The position numbers and the translations under genes are program-made. Below the pieces are notes generated by a model, which was not told the origin of the DNA, did no database searches, and worked only from the letters and a program-made list of their open reading frames with translations. A stretch of DNA of 64,000 nucleotides from a virus. The number at the start of each line of letters is the position of its first letter. Position 1 is the stretch's first letter. Location of the stretch: the IMG/VR virus record IMGVR_UViG_3300050144_000081, positions 5,068 to 69,067 of that record; one strand, written 5' to 3'. Below are positions 37,018 to 45,215 of the stretch, one piece after another.

Positions 37018-37697
37018 GCCACCCCGGCCAATCCCAAGCCGCTCCGGTCAGCGACCCGGGCAAGACCCACTACCGCAAGGCATTCAAGAGCCCGTACCTC
37101 GGCAGCGCCGATGTTGTTGACCCGATCGTGGTGACGATCAAGTTGGTCCGGCTTGAAGCGGACATGTCGAAGCAGTCCAAGGACCAGTTCAACACGGCAC
37201 ACTTCGCCGAGCGCTTCATCCGGCCTGGCGAGCCGATGAAGCCCATGATCCTCAACGCCACGAACTGCAAGTTCCTGGCTGACCTGACCGGATCGAAGTA
37301 CCTGGAGGACTGGGCGGGAACGCGGGTCATGATCAAAGTCGATCCGAACGTGCGGTTCGGTAAGGAGACCGTCGAGGGCCTGCGCCTGGCAAAGGCGCCG
37401 AGCGTTGCTGTCGACATGAGTGATCCGCGCCAGGAGCAGTGGCGCGATGCTGCGCGCATTGGCGGGACAGAGGCGGCCGGCGCCTTCTTCAAGTCGATGT
37501 CGCGCGAGGAGCGCGAGTTCTCGAAGATGGGGCTGCGGCAGGAAGTCTGGGCCATCGCCGAACAGGTCGATGCCGCCGGCGCCATCGCAGCAGCGCCAGT
37601 GGCGGCGGGTGATCAAGCCAAGACAGATGGTGACCACGCCCAGGGGCGGCCGGACAACGGCAGCCGGGAGCAGGTAAGTGGAGGGGACCAGCCATGA
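37014..37697 (+). CDS. Putative single-strand annealing / ssDNA-binding partner of the exonuclease
   Basis: THYRKAFKSPYLG..D...KPMILNATN...EDW.G; adjacent to YqaJ gene; function inferred. Confidence 0.55.
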   Translation: MSHPGQSQAAPVSDPGKTHYRKAFKSPYLGSADVVDPIVVTIKLVRLEADMSKQSKDQFNTAHFAERFIRPGEPMKPMILNATNCKFLADLTGSKYLEDWAGTRVMIKVDPNVRFGKETVEGLRLAKAPSVAVDMSDPRQEQWRDAARIGGTEAAGAFFKSMSREEREFSKMGLRQEVWAIAEQVDAAGAIAAAPVAAGDQAKTDGDHAQGRPDNGSREQVSGGDQP

Positions 37698-38476
37698 TCG
37701 AACTGCTTGCACCTCAGGGGTCGCCTGAGTGGCTTGCTGGCCGTGCCGGCGTGTGCACGGCCAGCATGTATGAGACAGCGCTGGCCCGTACTGGTGGGCT
37801 GGATGAGCGGCAGGCCGCCTACGTCGCACTGGTCCGTTCGGGCATGGCACCTCAATTGGCAGCAGAGGCGGCTGGTTTCAAGGCGATGCCGCGTGCTCAG
37901 GCCGTGCAGGATGCCATCGCTGGTCTGCCGACTGGCGACTGGACCGATGGGGCGCGCGACTACGCTTTCCGGCTGTCGATCGAGCGCCGAAGCAAGCAGC
38001 CGCTGGACGATGGCGTGGAGACGTACTGGACCCGCCGTGGGCATGAACTGGAACAGGAAGCAATCGAGGCCTACGAGGACCGCACCGGCAACTTGGTGCG
38101 CCGCGTTGGCCTGGTGCTGACCGACGACCGGCGCTTCGGTGCCAGTGCAGACGGGCTGGTAGCTCGGGATGGCGGGGTTGAAGTCAAGTGCTGGGTGGAT
38201 GCGGCGAAGCTGCGCAAGGTGCTACTCGATCGCAACTCCGCCGCTGTGCGCCGGCAGTGCCTGGGCGGCATGTGGGTCACCGGCAGGAAGTGGTGGGACT
38301 TCGTGCTGTACTGCCCTGCGCTGGCGGTGTGCGGCCTTGACATGACTGTCATCCGGATCAACCGGGATGACGACGAAATCAACCGCATGGAACTTGACTT
38401 GCTCCGGTTCGACCGTCTGGTGGATGAGTATGGCCAGCGCATTGATGCCATGGCGCAGGAACAGGCCACCGCCTAG
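37694..38476 (+). CDS. YqaJ / lambda-exonuclease family recombination nuclease
   Basis: QGSPEWLAGRAG..TAS...RGHELE...GASADGL.....GVEVKC...Q..GGMWVTGR.WWDFV.Y. Confidence 0.9.
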   Translation: MIELLAPQGSPEWLAGRAGVCTASMYETALARTGGLDERQAAYVALVRSGMAPQLAAEAAGFKAMPRAQAVQDAIAGLPTGDWTDGARDYAFRLSIERRSKQPLDDGVETYWTRRGHELEQEAIEAYEDRTGNLVRRVGLVLTDDRRFGASADGLVARDGGVEVKCWVDAAKLRKVLLDRNSAAVRRQCLGGMWVTGRKWWDFVLYCPALAVCGLDMTVIRINRDDDEINRMELDLLRFDRLVDEYGQRIDAMAQEQATA

Positions 38477-39825
38477 GCCGTGGAAACGGCCCACTTCGCA
38501 AAGGGGCCGTGCTTGGTGCGAACGCCATCCAGCGCGGCCTCCCAGCGCTCCGAAATCTTCGTCAGCCATTCGACTTTCTGTTCGGTGTAGCCGTGCCGGT
38601 TGTAGACGCCTTCGATCGACGAGTCGATGTGGCCCAGCATGTTTTCGGCGACCTTGTCGGGGCAACCCATTGCGGCAAGGTGCGTCCGAACGGTGCGACG
38701 AAGGTCGTGCGAACTCCAATTTTCGACCGTGAACCTGCCGCGAGCAAGTGCCGGATGGCTGCGTGAGTGCGGCTGGTATCTGACCAGCATGCTGGCGATC
38801 GTCAACTGCTCAATGTGGTCTCGATGCCGGCCGCGGACCGGGAACAGGTACCCGCTGCCGAACAGCGCCATCCTGCGCTCCACGATGCCGCGAGCACGGC
38901 CGATGATGGGCACATTCAAGTCGAAGGCCAGCGGGTTAGATCCAACCTTCGTAAGCTCCTTTCCAAGTTTCCACCACATGGCGCCATCGTCACCCATTGA
39001 CATGGCATCTCCTCGCATCTGAACCAGTTCTGCGCCGCGGCACCCTGTCCAAAGGTAGAGCGTCAGGACATCGGCGACCAGCTCCGGGCAGATCGCTCGG
39101 TCATGCAAGTCGGCCAGCGTCAGGCCGACCTCCTCTTCCGTCAGCACGCGCTTTTGCTGCCCGATGTGCCGACCAGCCACCAGCTTTCCGCGGGATTGCA
39201 GGTTGTTCCGATGGACCAGTCTCCACCAGTTTTGCGATCCGGCAGGGATGATTCCACTGTCAAGCGCCCGGTCCCATGCCTGCGCCATGGAAGACTTGAA
39301 CCGCTTTGCCCTGACAGGCCGGTCGGAGATGCCTTCGATCAGCCGGAATACCTGAACACGTGTCAGATCTTCTGGGTACAGATCGGCCAACTGGCTTGGC
39401 GCAAGCAAGTTGTCTATCTGGCCGCGAAAGATCACCGACGTTTTCTGGTTCTTGTGCTTGTGCACCATCACTTCGCTTGCGTACCAGCGGGCCAGGCCAA
39501 TCACTGTCAGCCGGCTCTTCTCAACCTCGGCATCAGCCTTTTCTTGCTGCGCCTTCGCTCGATCCATCCGCCTATCGGCAGATGGGTCTGAGCCAGCAAG
39601 TCGAGCCGCCCTGACCTCCTCCCAGGCGACCAGCGCCCGCGAAAGTGGCATTTCTGGGTAGCTGCCCAGCTTCACCTGCTTCATCCTCCCGTCCACCGGT
39701 GACTTGTAGCGGTAGGTCCATGACTTGCTCGTCTGTGTTGCGGTGAGGCGCAATCCATCGCATCCGTCGATGATCAAGTGCGTGCCAGGGGCAAGGTTTT
39801 TCGCTGCTGCTGGGGTGAATTTCAT
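38473..39825 (-). CDS. int: Tyrosine integrase, P4-like (N-terminal arm-binding domain)
   Basis: GLRL...KSWTYRY......LGSYPE..L..A; catalytic TGCR...HDLRRT...LGH...GVYN. Confidence 0.93.
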   Translation of the reverse strand: MKFTPAAAKNLAPGTHLIIDGCDGLRLTATQTSKSWTYRYKSPVDGRMKQVKLGSYPEMPLSRALVAWEEVRAARLAGSDPSADRRMDRAKAQQEKADAEVEKSRLTVIGLARWYASEVMVHKHKNQKTSVIFRGQIDNLLAPSQLADLYPEDLTRVQVFRLIEGISDRPVRAKRFKSSMAQAWDRALDSGIIPAGSQNWWRLVHRNNLQSRGKLVAGRHIGQQKRVLTEEEVGLTLADLHDRAICPELVADVLTLYLWTGCRGAELVQMRGDAMSMGDDGAMWWKLGKELTKVGSNPLAFDLNVPIIGRARGIVERRMALFGSGYLFPVRGRHRDHIEQLTIASMLVRYQPHSRSHPALARGRFTVENWSSHDLRRTVRTHLAAMGCPDKVAENMLGHIDSSIEGVYNRHGYTEQKVEWLTKISERWEAALDGVRTKHGPFAKWAVSTA

Positions 39826-40097
39826 GGCGTAGGTTGACTGGCGTAGGTCACAAGAAAGCTACGCCGCGAACATGGTCCTGAACTGGCGTAGCACATGTTG
39901 AGCAGGTAAAGCACATCAGTGCACACGATGGCTTGCCGCACGTTCGCTGCTACAATCTCCGCACAGCAGGCAAAAAAGCATCGAACAGCACATTTGGTGC
40001 ATTACTGATGCTTAATTGTATATGTATGCATCCGCTTGTTTGTCAGCAGGGGGAAAGTGCGCCCACTCTCTGTCGAACTTACGCCAAAACCTACGCC
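39825..40097. repeat. attP-like region: six (T)GGCGTA(G/A)-type arm repeats in two clusters around an AT-rich core
   Basis: Copies at 39825, 39839, 39858 (inverted), 39884, 40078 (inverted), 40090 (inverted), immediately upstream of int. Confidence 0.65.
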
Positions 40098-40329
40098 GAC
40101 GCAACGGGCATCTGTCCGCTGGATTTTGCCCGTTGCGTCGACGTGGGTGGCGACCCCCGGAAATCCGCCGCAGCGGACCGAGCAGGGGTAAATGCTCGGG
40201 GTGATCACGCGCCCGGTCGCGTCTGCGGAATCCGGATGACGCCGGCATCCTCTGCACCCGCAGTTCGCGCGGTCCGGCGAGCGATCAGACGATGGCGTGA
40301 GATGCCATCGGTACCTGGCGGAAGCCCAG

Positions 40330-40371
40330 GACCATCAGATCAGTGCATGCGCATGCACTGATCTGATGGTC
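40330..40371. repeat. Perfect 42-bp palindrome
   Basis: GACCATCAGATCAGTGCATGC|GCATGCACTGATCTGATGGTC. Confidence 0.95.
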
Positions 40372-40487
40372 AAGCGCCACAAGCGCAGGGTTGGGTGCCC
40401 CCGGCCGCCATCACCGGAAGGGCCGGACATCGCCCCGTGCTGCAGAAGGTGCGGACAACCTCCCGGGTGGAATGGCCCCGGATCAAT

Positions 40488-40573
40488 GGGTGGTGCCGTG
40501 CAGGGCACAAAGCGGCCTTGAAAGCCGTGGCGGTCAGAGATGGCCGATGGTTCGATTCCTTCACCACCCGCCA
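40488..40573 (+). tRNA. tRNA-Ser(UGA), probable 8/4 acceptor/T-stem structure
   Basis: GGGTGGTG/CACCACCC 8-bp stem, G discriminator, CCA; anticodon loop CTTGAAA; long variable arm CGGTCA-GAGA-TGGCCG; T-loop TTCGATT. Confidence 0.85.
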
Positions 40574-40574
40574 C

Positions 40575-40650
40575 GCCGGCATAGCTCAGTTGGTAGAGCA
40601 ACGGTCTTGTAAACCGTAGGTCATCCGTTCGATTCGGATTGCCGGCACCA
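40575..40650 (+). tRNA. tRNA-Thr(UGU)
   Basis: Canonical 76-nt cloverleaf: GCCGGCA/TGCCGGC, AGCTCAGTTGGTAGAGC D-arm, CTTGTAA loop, TTCGATT, ACCA. Confidence 0.96.
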
Positions 40651-40655
40651 GTTTC

Positions 40656-40698
40656 GCGGGCCTGGCCGAGCGGTTCAGGCGCCGGACTGGAATTCTGG
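40656..40698 (+). pseudogene. 5' half of a tRNA (anticodon GGA) without a recognisable T-arm or CCA
   Basis: GCGGGCC-TG-GCCGAGCGGTTCAGGCG-CCGGA-CTGGAAT-TCTGG, then the stop of a convergent ORF. Confidence 0.5.
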
Positions 40699-40917
40699 TC
40701 AAGATGGCTTGTCGACGAGGTCTTCCGCAACCGCTGGGTAGTACAGATCCTGGTGCCGATTGACCTGCTCGGCGATCGCCATGACCAGCACACGCGGCCA
40801 CACACGCGGCACGCCCTCGCGCTCGAAAAGAACCGTCATGTCGCCAGACGGGTACATCACGCCGACCTGAAGGCCTTCGCCGGACGTGGCGGGCTGCGCC
40901 TTGCTGAAGAATCCCAT
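40699..40917 (-). CDS. Small hypothetical protein
   Basis: ATG 40917 just after the endolysin stop; 72 aa. Confidence 0.5.
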   Translation of the reverse strand: MGFFSKAQPATSGEGLQVGVMYPSGDMTVLFEREGVPRVWPRVLVMAIAEQVNRHQDLYYPAVAEDLVDKPS

Positions 40918-40919
40918 GA

Positions 40920-41498
40920 TCACTCTCCCAGCGCGGCCAGCGCGCTTTGGTACAGGTTGCGCCGCTCGGCGGCATGATTCGCCTTGGCCCCTGGCCGGCC
41001 GCAGTTGACGATGCTCGACACGTTGTCGATGTCGCCCTTGTCCGCCCAGGGGTTGATCTTGTTGTCGGACCAGTAGAGGCCGGCCGCGAAGCTTCCCCAG
41101 CGGGGCAGGGTCAGCATCTCGGGGCTGATCTCGAAGTCGGGGCAATCCTTGATTCCGCGTGCCCGCAGCGCTTCCGTGACGCGCCGGTGGTTGCGCCGCC
41201 CGGTGGTCTGGATGGGGCCATGGCCACGAAACTTGAACCCATCCCCAGGCCGGTCATTGCCCAGCCCTGCAGCGCGCTTGTGGGGTGGCTCGTACTGGAG
41301 CTGTGCGTCGATCGGCCCCCAGATTTCGTACAGGACACGCAGCCGTGCCGATTCGTGCAGCAGCTGCGCCAGCAGTGCGGCAACGCGGCGTGGCGTGTTG
41401 ACCTGGAACTCCGCGCATGCAGCGGCCAGATGCGGTGCCCACGATGCAGAGGCCTTGGCCGACACGCCAAGCCCGGCCAGAAGTTCAGCGGTCAGCAT
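40920..41498 (-). CDS. Endolysin, glycoside hydrolase family 19 (chitinase-like)
   Basis: AALLAQLLHES...LGN...GDG.KFRG.G.IQ.TGR.N...A..YW...IN..AD. Confidence 0.9.
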   Translation of the reverse strand: MLTAELLAGLGVSAKASASWAPHLAAACAEFQVNTPRRVAALLAQLLHESARLRVLYEIWGPIDAQLQYEPPHKRAAGLGNDRPGDGFKFRGHGPIQTTGRRNHRRVTEALRARGIKDCPDFEISPEMLTLPRWGSFAAGLYWSDNKINPWADKGDIDNVSSIVNCGRPGAKANHAAERRNLYQSALAALGE

Positions 41499-41673
41499 GG
41501 CGGGTGCAGTTGAACTCGAACGAGGACGAACTGGAGATGCCTCCGCCGTCGGTCCGGAACCGAGAAAGCGCCCCGCATTTCTTCAGGGCTTCGGTGCCGA
41601 TGTCTTTGATGACGATGTTCATGCAACCAGCCAGTGACACGGCCAGCACGAACACCAAGATGGTTTTCTTCAC
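41485..41673 (-). CDS. Small lipoprotein (o-spanin candidate)
   Basis: GTG start KKTILVFVLAVSLAGC lipobox in the lysis cassette. Confidence 0.65.
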   Translation of the reverse strand: MKKTILVFVLAVSLAGCMNIVIKDIGTEALKKCGALSRFRTDGGGISSSSSFEFNCTRHADR

Positions 41674-42065
41674 ACTGCATCCTTTTCTGCGTTCGCCTGC
41701 TCGACAGAGTGTTGTGAGCGAGGATTGTTTTGTGGTGCGGCGAGTTCTGACGCAGCGGTCATCCCCCACCCGCCCCTTCCGCCAATTCCGCCCTGGTTCC
41801 GCCCATACCGTGTGGCAAACAGGACCACAGCGACAAACGAGCCGGCCGTCAGGACCATCGTTTCCGAGAGGCCCGCTTGAAGCGTCACCCCTTGCGCAAC
41901 ACCGTAAGCACCAGACGCAGCGATCACGGCAGAAACCGCGGCCCGCATCGTCAGTTCGAGGCGCCAAGCCCTGTCTGCGACGAAAAACCCGACGCTGATC
42001 AGGCCAGCGCCAGACACCAAGCTCATCGCAGAAACGGCGATCTGTGCATCGGTAGGATCAAGCAT
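41670..42065 (-). CDS. Multi-pass membrane protein of the lysis cassette (holin/antiholin)
   Basis: Three hydrophobic segments; coupled on both sides. Confidence 0.55.
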   Translation of the reverse strand: MLDPTDAQIAVSAMSLVSGAGLISVGFFVADRAWRLELTMRAAVSAVIAASGAYGVAQGVTLQAGLSETMVLTAGSFVAVVLFATRYGRNQGGIGGRGGWGMTAASELAAPQNNPRSQHSVEQANAEKDAV

Positions 42066-42489
42066 CCGGCTCTCCTGTTGAGATGTTCCCGCCGCCTGCA
42101 ATCCGTGTCGTCAGCGCATCCAGTGCCGGCCCGATCGCCGGCATCCAGTTGTGCGACATGCCTGTGACCACTGCGACGATGGCCCATGACGGGGACTGCT
42201 GCAGCGGAGCGAACCACGGCGGCAGCAGGCGGCTGGCCGCAAGCCCTGACAGCAGCGCCAGGCCGATGTGCGCAAGCGTGCCGACCACGTAAGCGGCGGT
42301 GTACGACGGCAGGTTGCGCGGTCGGTGCATCGCACTGGCAAACGCAGCAATGACTCCCACCCAGATCTCGATGGACTCGATCTGAACGGGGCCGCCGGAA
42401 ATCTGCGCGCTGACCATTGAGGCGGCCGCGCCCACCACGACGGCGCTCGCAGACTGTGCGGCCGTGGCGATGATGTCGGGTTGAGGCAT
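42058..42489 (-). CDS. Putative holin
   Basis: Several hydrophobic segments; first gene of the lysis cassette. Confidence 0.6.
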   Translation of the reverse strand: MPQPDIIATAAQSASAVVVGAAASMVSAQISGGPVQIESIEIWVGVIAAFASAMHRPRNLPSYTAAYVVGTLAHIGLALLSGLAASRLLPPWFAPLQQSPSWAIVAVVTGMSHNWMPAIGPALDALTTRIAGGGNISTGEPDA

Positions 42490-42557
42490 GGCGTGGCAGT
42501 TGTTGTGGCTGGGCGCATTGGATGTGCCAGCCTGCCGCGTACCGTTGGCACTTTTCC

Positions 42558-42587
42558 AAAAAAAAGGCCAGCACGTTACTGCTGGCC
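42558..42587 (-). terminator. Rho-independent terminator
   Basis: GGCCAGCA-GTAACG-TGCTGGCC followed by T8 on the minus strand. Confidence 0.8.
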
Positions 42588-42655
42588 GAATGCCTGAAAG
42601 TCAGTTCAGGCCGAGGGAGATAGAAAGTATAACACAAGCACAGTAAAAGCACTTC

Positions 42656-42844
42656 TTATCTGCGGCTCATGGCCTTTTGCATCGCAGCAAGCAGCTTGCC
42701 AAGCCCACCCAGTGCCTGCCGTAATCCGTCAAGCCGGCTCATGTGCGCTGTCACGACCTTTTGCTGCCACTCGACGCGCTTTTTGTGGTCCTCGAAAGGG
42801 GCGGACTCGAAGAACTCGCGAGCTGCAGTTTCCGTCGTCGCCAT
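42656..42844 (-). CDS. Small hypothetical protein; the open frame extends upstream and overlaps the previous gene
   Basis: MATTETAAREFFESAPFEDHKKRVEWQ...; start uncertain. Confidence 0.4.
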   Translation of the reverse strand: MATTETAAREFFESAPFEDHKKRVEWQQKVVTAHMSRLDGLRQALGGLGKLLAAMQKAMSRR

Positions 42845-42881
42845 CGCCTGGGGGAGCGAGGTGTGTGCATGGAGGGCCAGA

Positions 42882-43670
42882 CTAGCAATCGTCGCCGTGA
42901 TCGAGCGCAAATACTCGGCGCGTGGTCTCCGAGACTGCGGATACGGCGAGAAACGTGACGGGGTAGTCCACCCCGGCCTCCGCATGCTCGGTCGGAAGGA
43001 AGACCAGGCCGAGGCGCTTGGGCTTGCCGGGGTGCAGGCCAATGCCTGGGATGAAATAGTGCCTCAGCCGATGCCGCTGGCTGGAGTAGAGGGCGAACAG
43101 TTCTTCCACTTCGGATTCTGGCCGCGAGCGGATCTGCGCCATCTGCTCGCGCAGCCACGATTCGGACTCGACATCGCCCATGTCCTGGATGTCAGGCTGA
43201 TGGGCGTCGCGCCGGCGCATTTGGCACGCCAGCATGCCGACGATCCAGTCGGCCATGCTGGTGCAGACCTGCTCCAGCAGCTCGGCATGGATGCCCAGCA
43301 GCGGGACCATGGTCCATGATTCACCCGCGGCGTCGCCGGCCACGATCTCTGTTTCGATCAAATCTTGATCGGGCAACAGGTAGTCAGACAAGTGCGCGCT
43401 CCCTAAGCTGAAATCGTACCCGCCTGGCGACATGGTGCCGAGGTAGTGCGTGGTCAGCATGGCGCGCTCTTCGATGGTCCAGAGGCGCGGGTCTGACACA
43501 TAGCGGTCTGTGGGGCGGGTCGCCTTTGCGCATGCAGCGCGCAGTAGCACCGAGGTGGCCTGCTCAGGGCGGTCATGGGGGATGCGGCAGACGCTGGCGG
43601 CTTCGTCCAGCGTCAGCTCGCGCATCTCGACCGCGATGCGGCGGGTGCGCTTGAGGGGGAATGTGATCAT
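42882..43670 (-). CDS. Putative tail/baseplate morphogenesis protein
   Basis: MITFPLKRTRRIAV..REL...DPRLWTIEER...HYL; late-operon context. Confidence 0.6.
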   Translation of the reverse strand: MITFPLKRTRRIAVEMRELTLDEAASVCRIPHDRPEQATSVLLRAACAKATRPTDRYVSDPRLWTIEERAMLTTHYLGTMSPGGYDFSLGSAHLSDYLLPDQDLIETEIVAGDAAGESWTMVPLLGIHAELLEQVCTSMADWIVGMLACQMRRRDAHQPDIQDMGDVESESWLREQMAQIRSRPESEVEELFALYSSQRHRLRHYFIPGIGLHPGKPKRLGLVFLPTEHAEAGVDYPVTFLAVSAVSETTRRVFALDHGDDC

Positions 43671-45108
43671 GCGGTGGCGCCTTCGGGGGATTGGTCGAAC
43701 AGGGGCATGGTTTCGGGTGCCGCGGGGGCGGCTGGCGTCATGCTGGCCATGGCCGCCTTGATGCGAGCTTCTGCGATGGCGATGTACTCGGCTTCGCGTT
43801 CGGCGCCGATGAAGCGGAAGCCCTCCAGGACGGCAGCCTTGCCGGTGGAGCCGCTGCCACCACGCCGCCAGGTGGCGTCACGAGGCGGCACAAGTAGCGC
43901 ATGAGGTCTGTGGGCTTGACGGTGGGGTGCGTGTTGGCTCGCTCAGGCTGGCGCAGATCGCCAGTCCCTTCCTTCCAGCGACTGTCAAATTGCTCTGCGC
44001 ATCCTCGCTTCACCTCGAACCGATCAAGCCCTCCATCCCGGTCCTTTCGGCCGGCCTTCGCGCAGTAGAAGAACCGGGCTGCGCTGCCGGTGTCGCCGTA
44101 GCCGATGGCATCGTCGCCGGATGGCGCATACCCACCGCCGAACTTGTCCCCGTTCTTCTGACCGCTGCCCGTACTCTTGCCGGTCTGCGGAAACAGCGCT
44201 ACGACCTCGGGGCTTCCGTCGTGCAGGAGGTTGGCGGGCCAGCGGCCGGACCACGCCCGCCCGGCCGGCTCAGCTCGATTTGGGTTCTCCATCGCTCGGT
44301 TCTCGCTGGCATTGCGGCCGTGCTGCGTGATTGGCTCTTCGCCCACCCGGCACCCGTCGATGTTCAGCCCACCCGTGCCATGCGCCAGCACGTTGGCCGC
44401 CACGGTTCCGGCCAGTGGCTTGCGCGCCAGGATGATCGGCTCCCATGCTGGCTTCAGGGCGGTGCCCCAGCCTTGCCACTGCTTTGCGGCTTCGGTGGCC
44501 GGACCACCGAGCACAGGCACAGTGTCCTGGGCGCGATCGGTCGAGAAGTTCAGCACGTTGCCGCAGCCGGTCCACCGGTCTGGCATCTCGCCGACAACTT
44601 CCCGCTCCACGCCTGCCGCCTTGTCGATCGCCTTGGACACGTTCATGCTTTTCGGGAACCCACTCCCGAACGTCCAGGCCAGCAGCGGGGCGCCGCCGCC
44701 GTCGTGGGCATAGCCGATGCTGTCGCGCAGCTCGAACCCGGCCAGCCGGACGGCCATGCTCATCAGGTCCATGCTGCGGGTGCCGGCAAAGGCCAGCAGA
44801 TGGCCGCCGGGTTTCACCACGCGCAGGCACTCGCGCCAGATCTCGGGGCCGGGCACCCATGCGTCCCACTTCTTGCCCATGAAGCCTTTCCCCTTCGGGA
44901 TGTACGGCTCGCCGGCAATCCACGCCTTCAGGCATTCCAGCACCTCGGCTGGCTTGTGGTCACTGAGGCCGTAGGGCGGGTCGCAGACGATCGAGTCCAC
45001 GCTGTTGTCCGGCATGCCGCGCAGCACGTCCAGGCAGTCGCCGTGATACAGGGTGTAGGTGGCACTGGCGTTCTGTCCAGTGCTGGCCGGAGGGGGTGTT
45101 GCTGTCAT
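43667..45108 (-). pseudogene. N6/N4 DNA methyltransferase, frameshifted by loss of the LDPF motif
   Basis: GDCLDVL...SIVCDPPYGL...HPTVKP...VTPPGGVV, then the frame shifts to GSGSTGKAA..EG.RFIG.E; junction at about 43858. Confidence 0.85.
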
Positions 45109-45215
45109 GCGCACCTTGCTGCATCGCCTGAGAAGAGGTGCGCGGCGGGCCGGTAGGCTGCCGGTGTTCTCCCCGTCGGGATAGCCGCGCAGCCCGAAGG
45201 TTGCGCCGGGCCAAA

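Noticed and set aside
40012-40257. ORF ending EWAHFPPADKQADAYIYN as a host gene 3' end at the att core
   Set aside because: I could not match it to any known integration-target gene; left as part of the attP check
38473-40371. The integrase acting as a protelomerase on the palindrome
   Set aside because: The protein has a P4-type arm-binding N-terminus and adjacent arm repeats, typical of an integrase rather than TelN
40488-40573. tRNA-Sec or opal suppressor that could explain the ssb UGA
   Set aside because: The anticodon is UGA (reads UCA, Ser), not UCA
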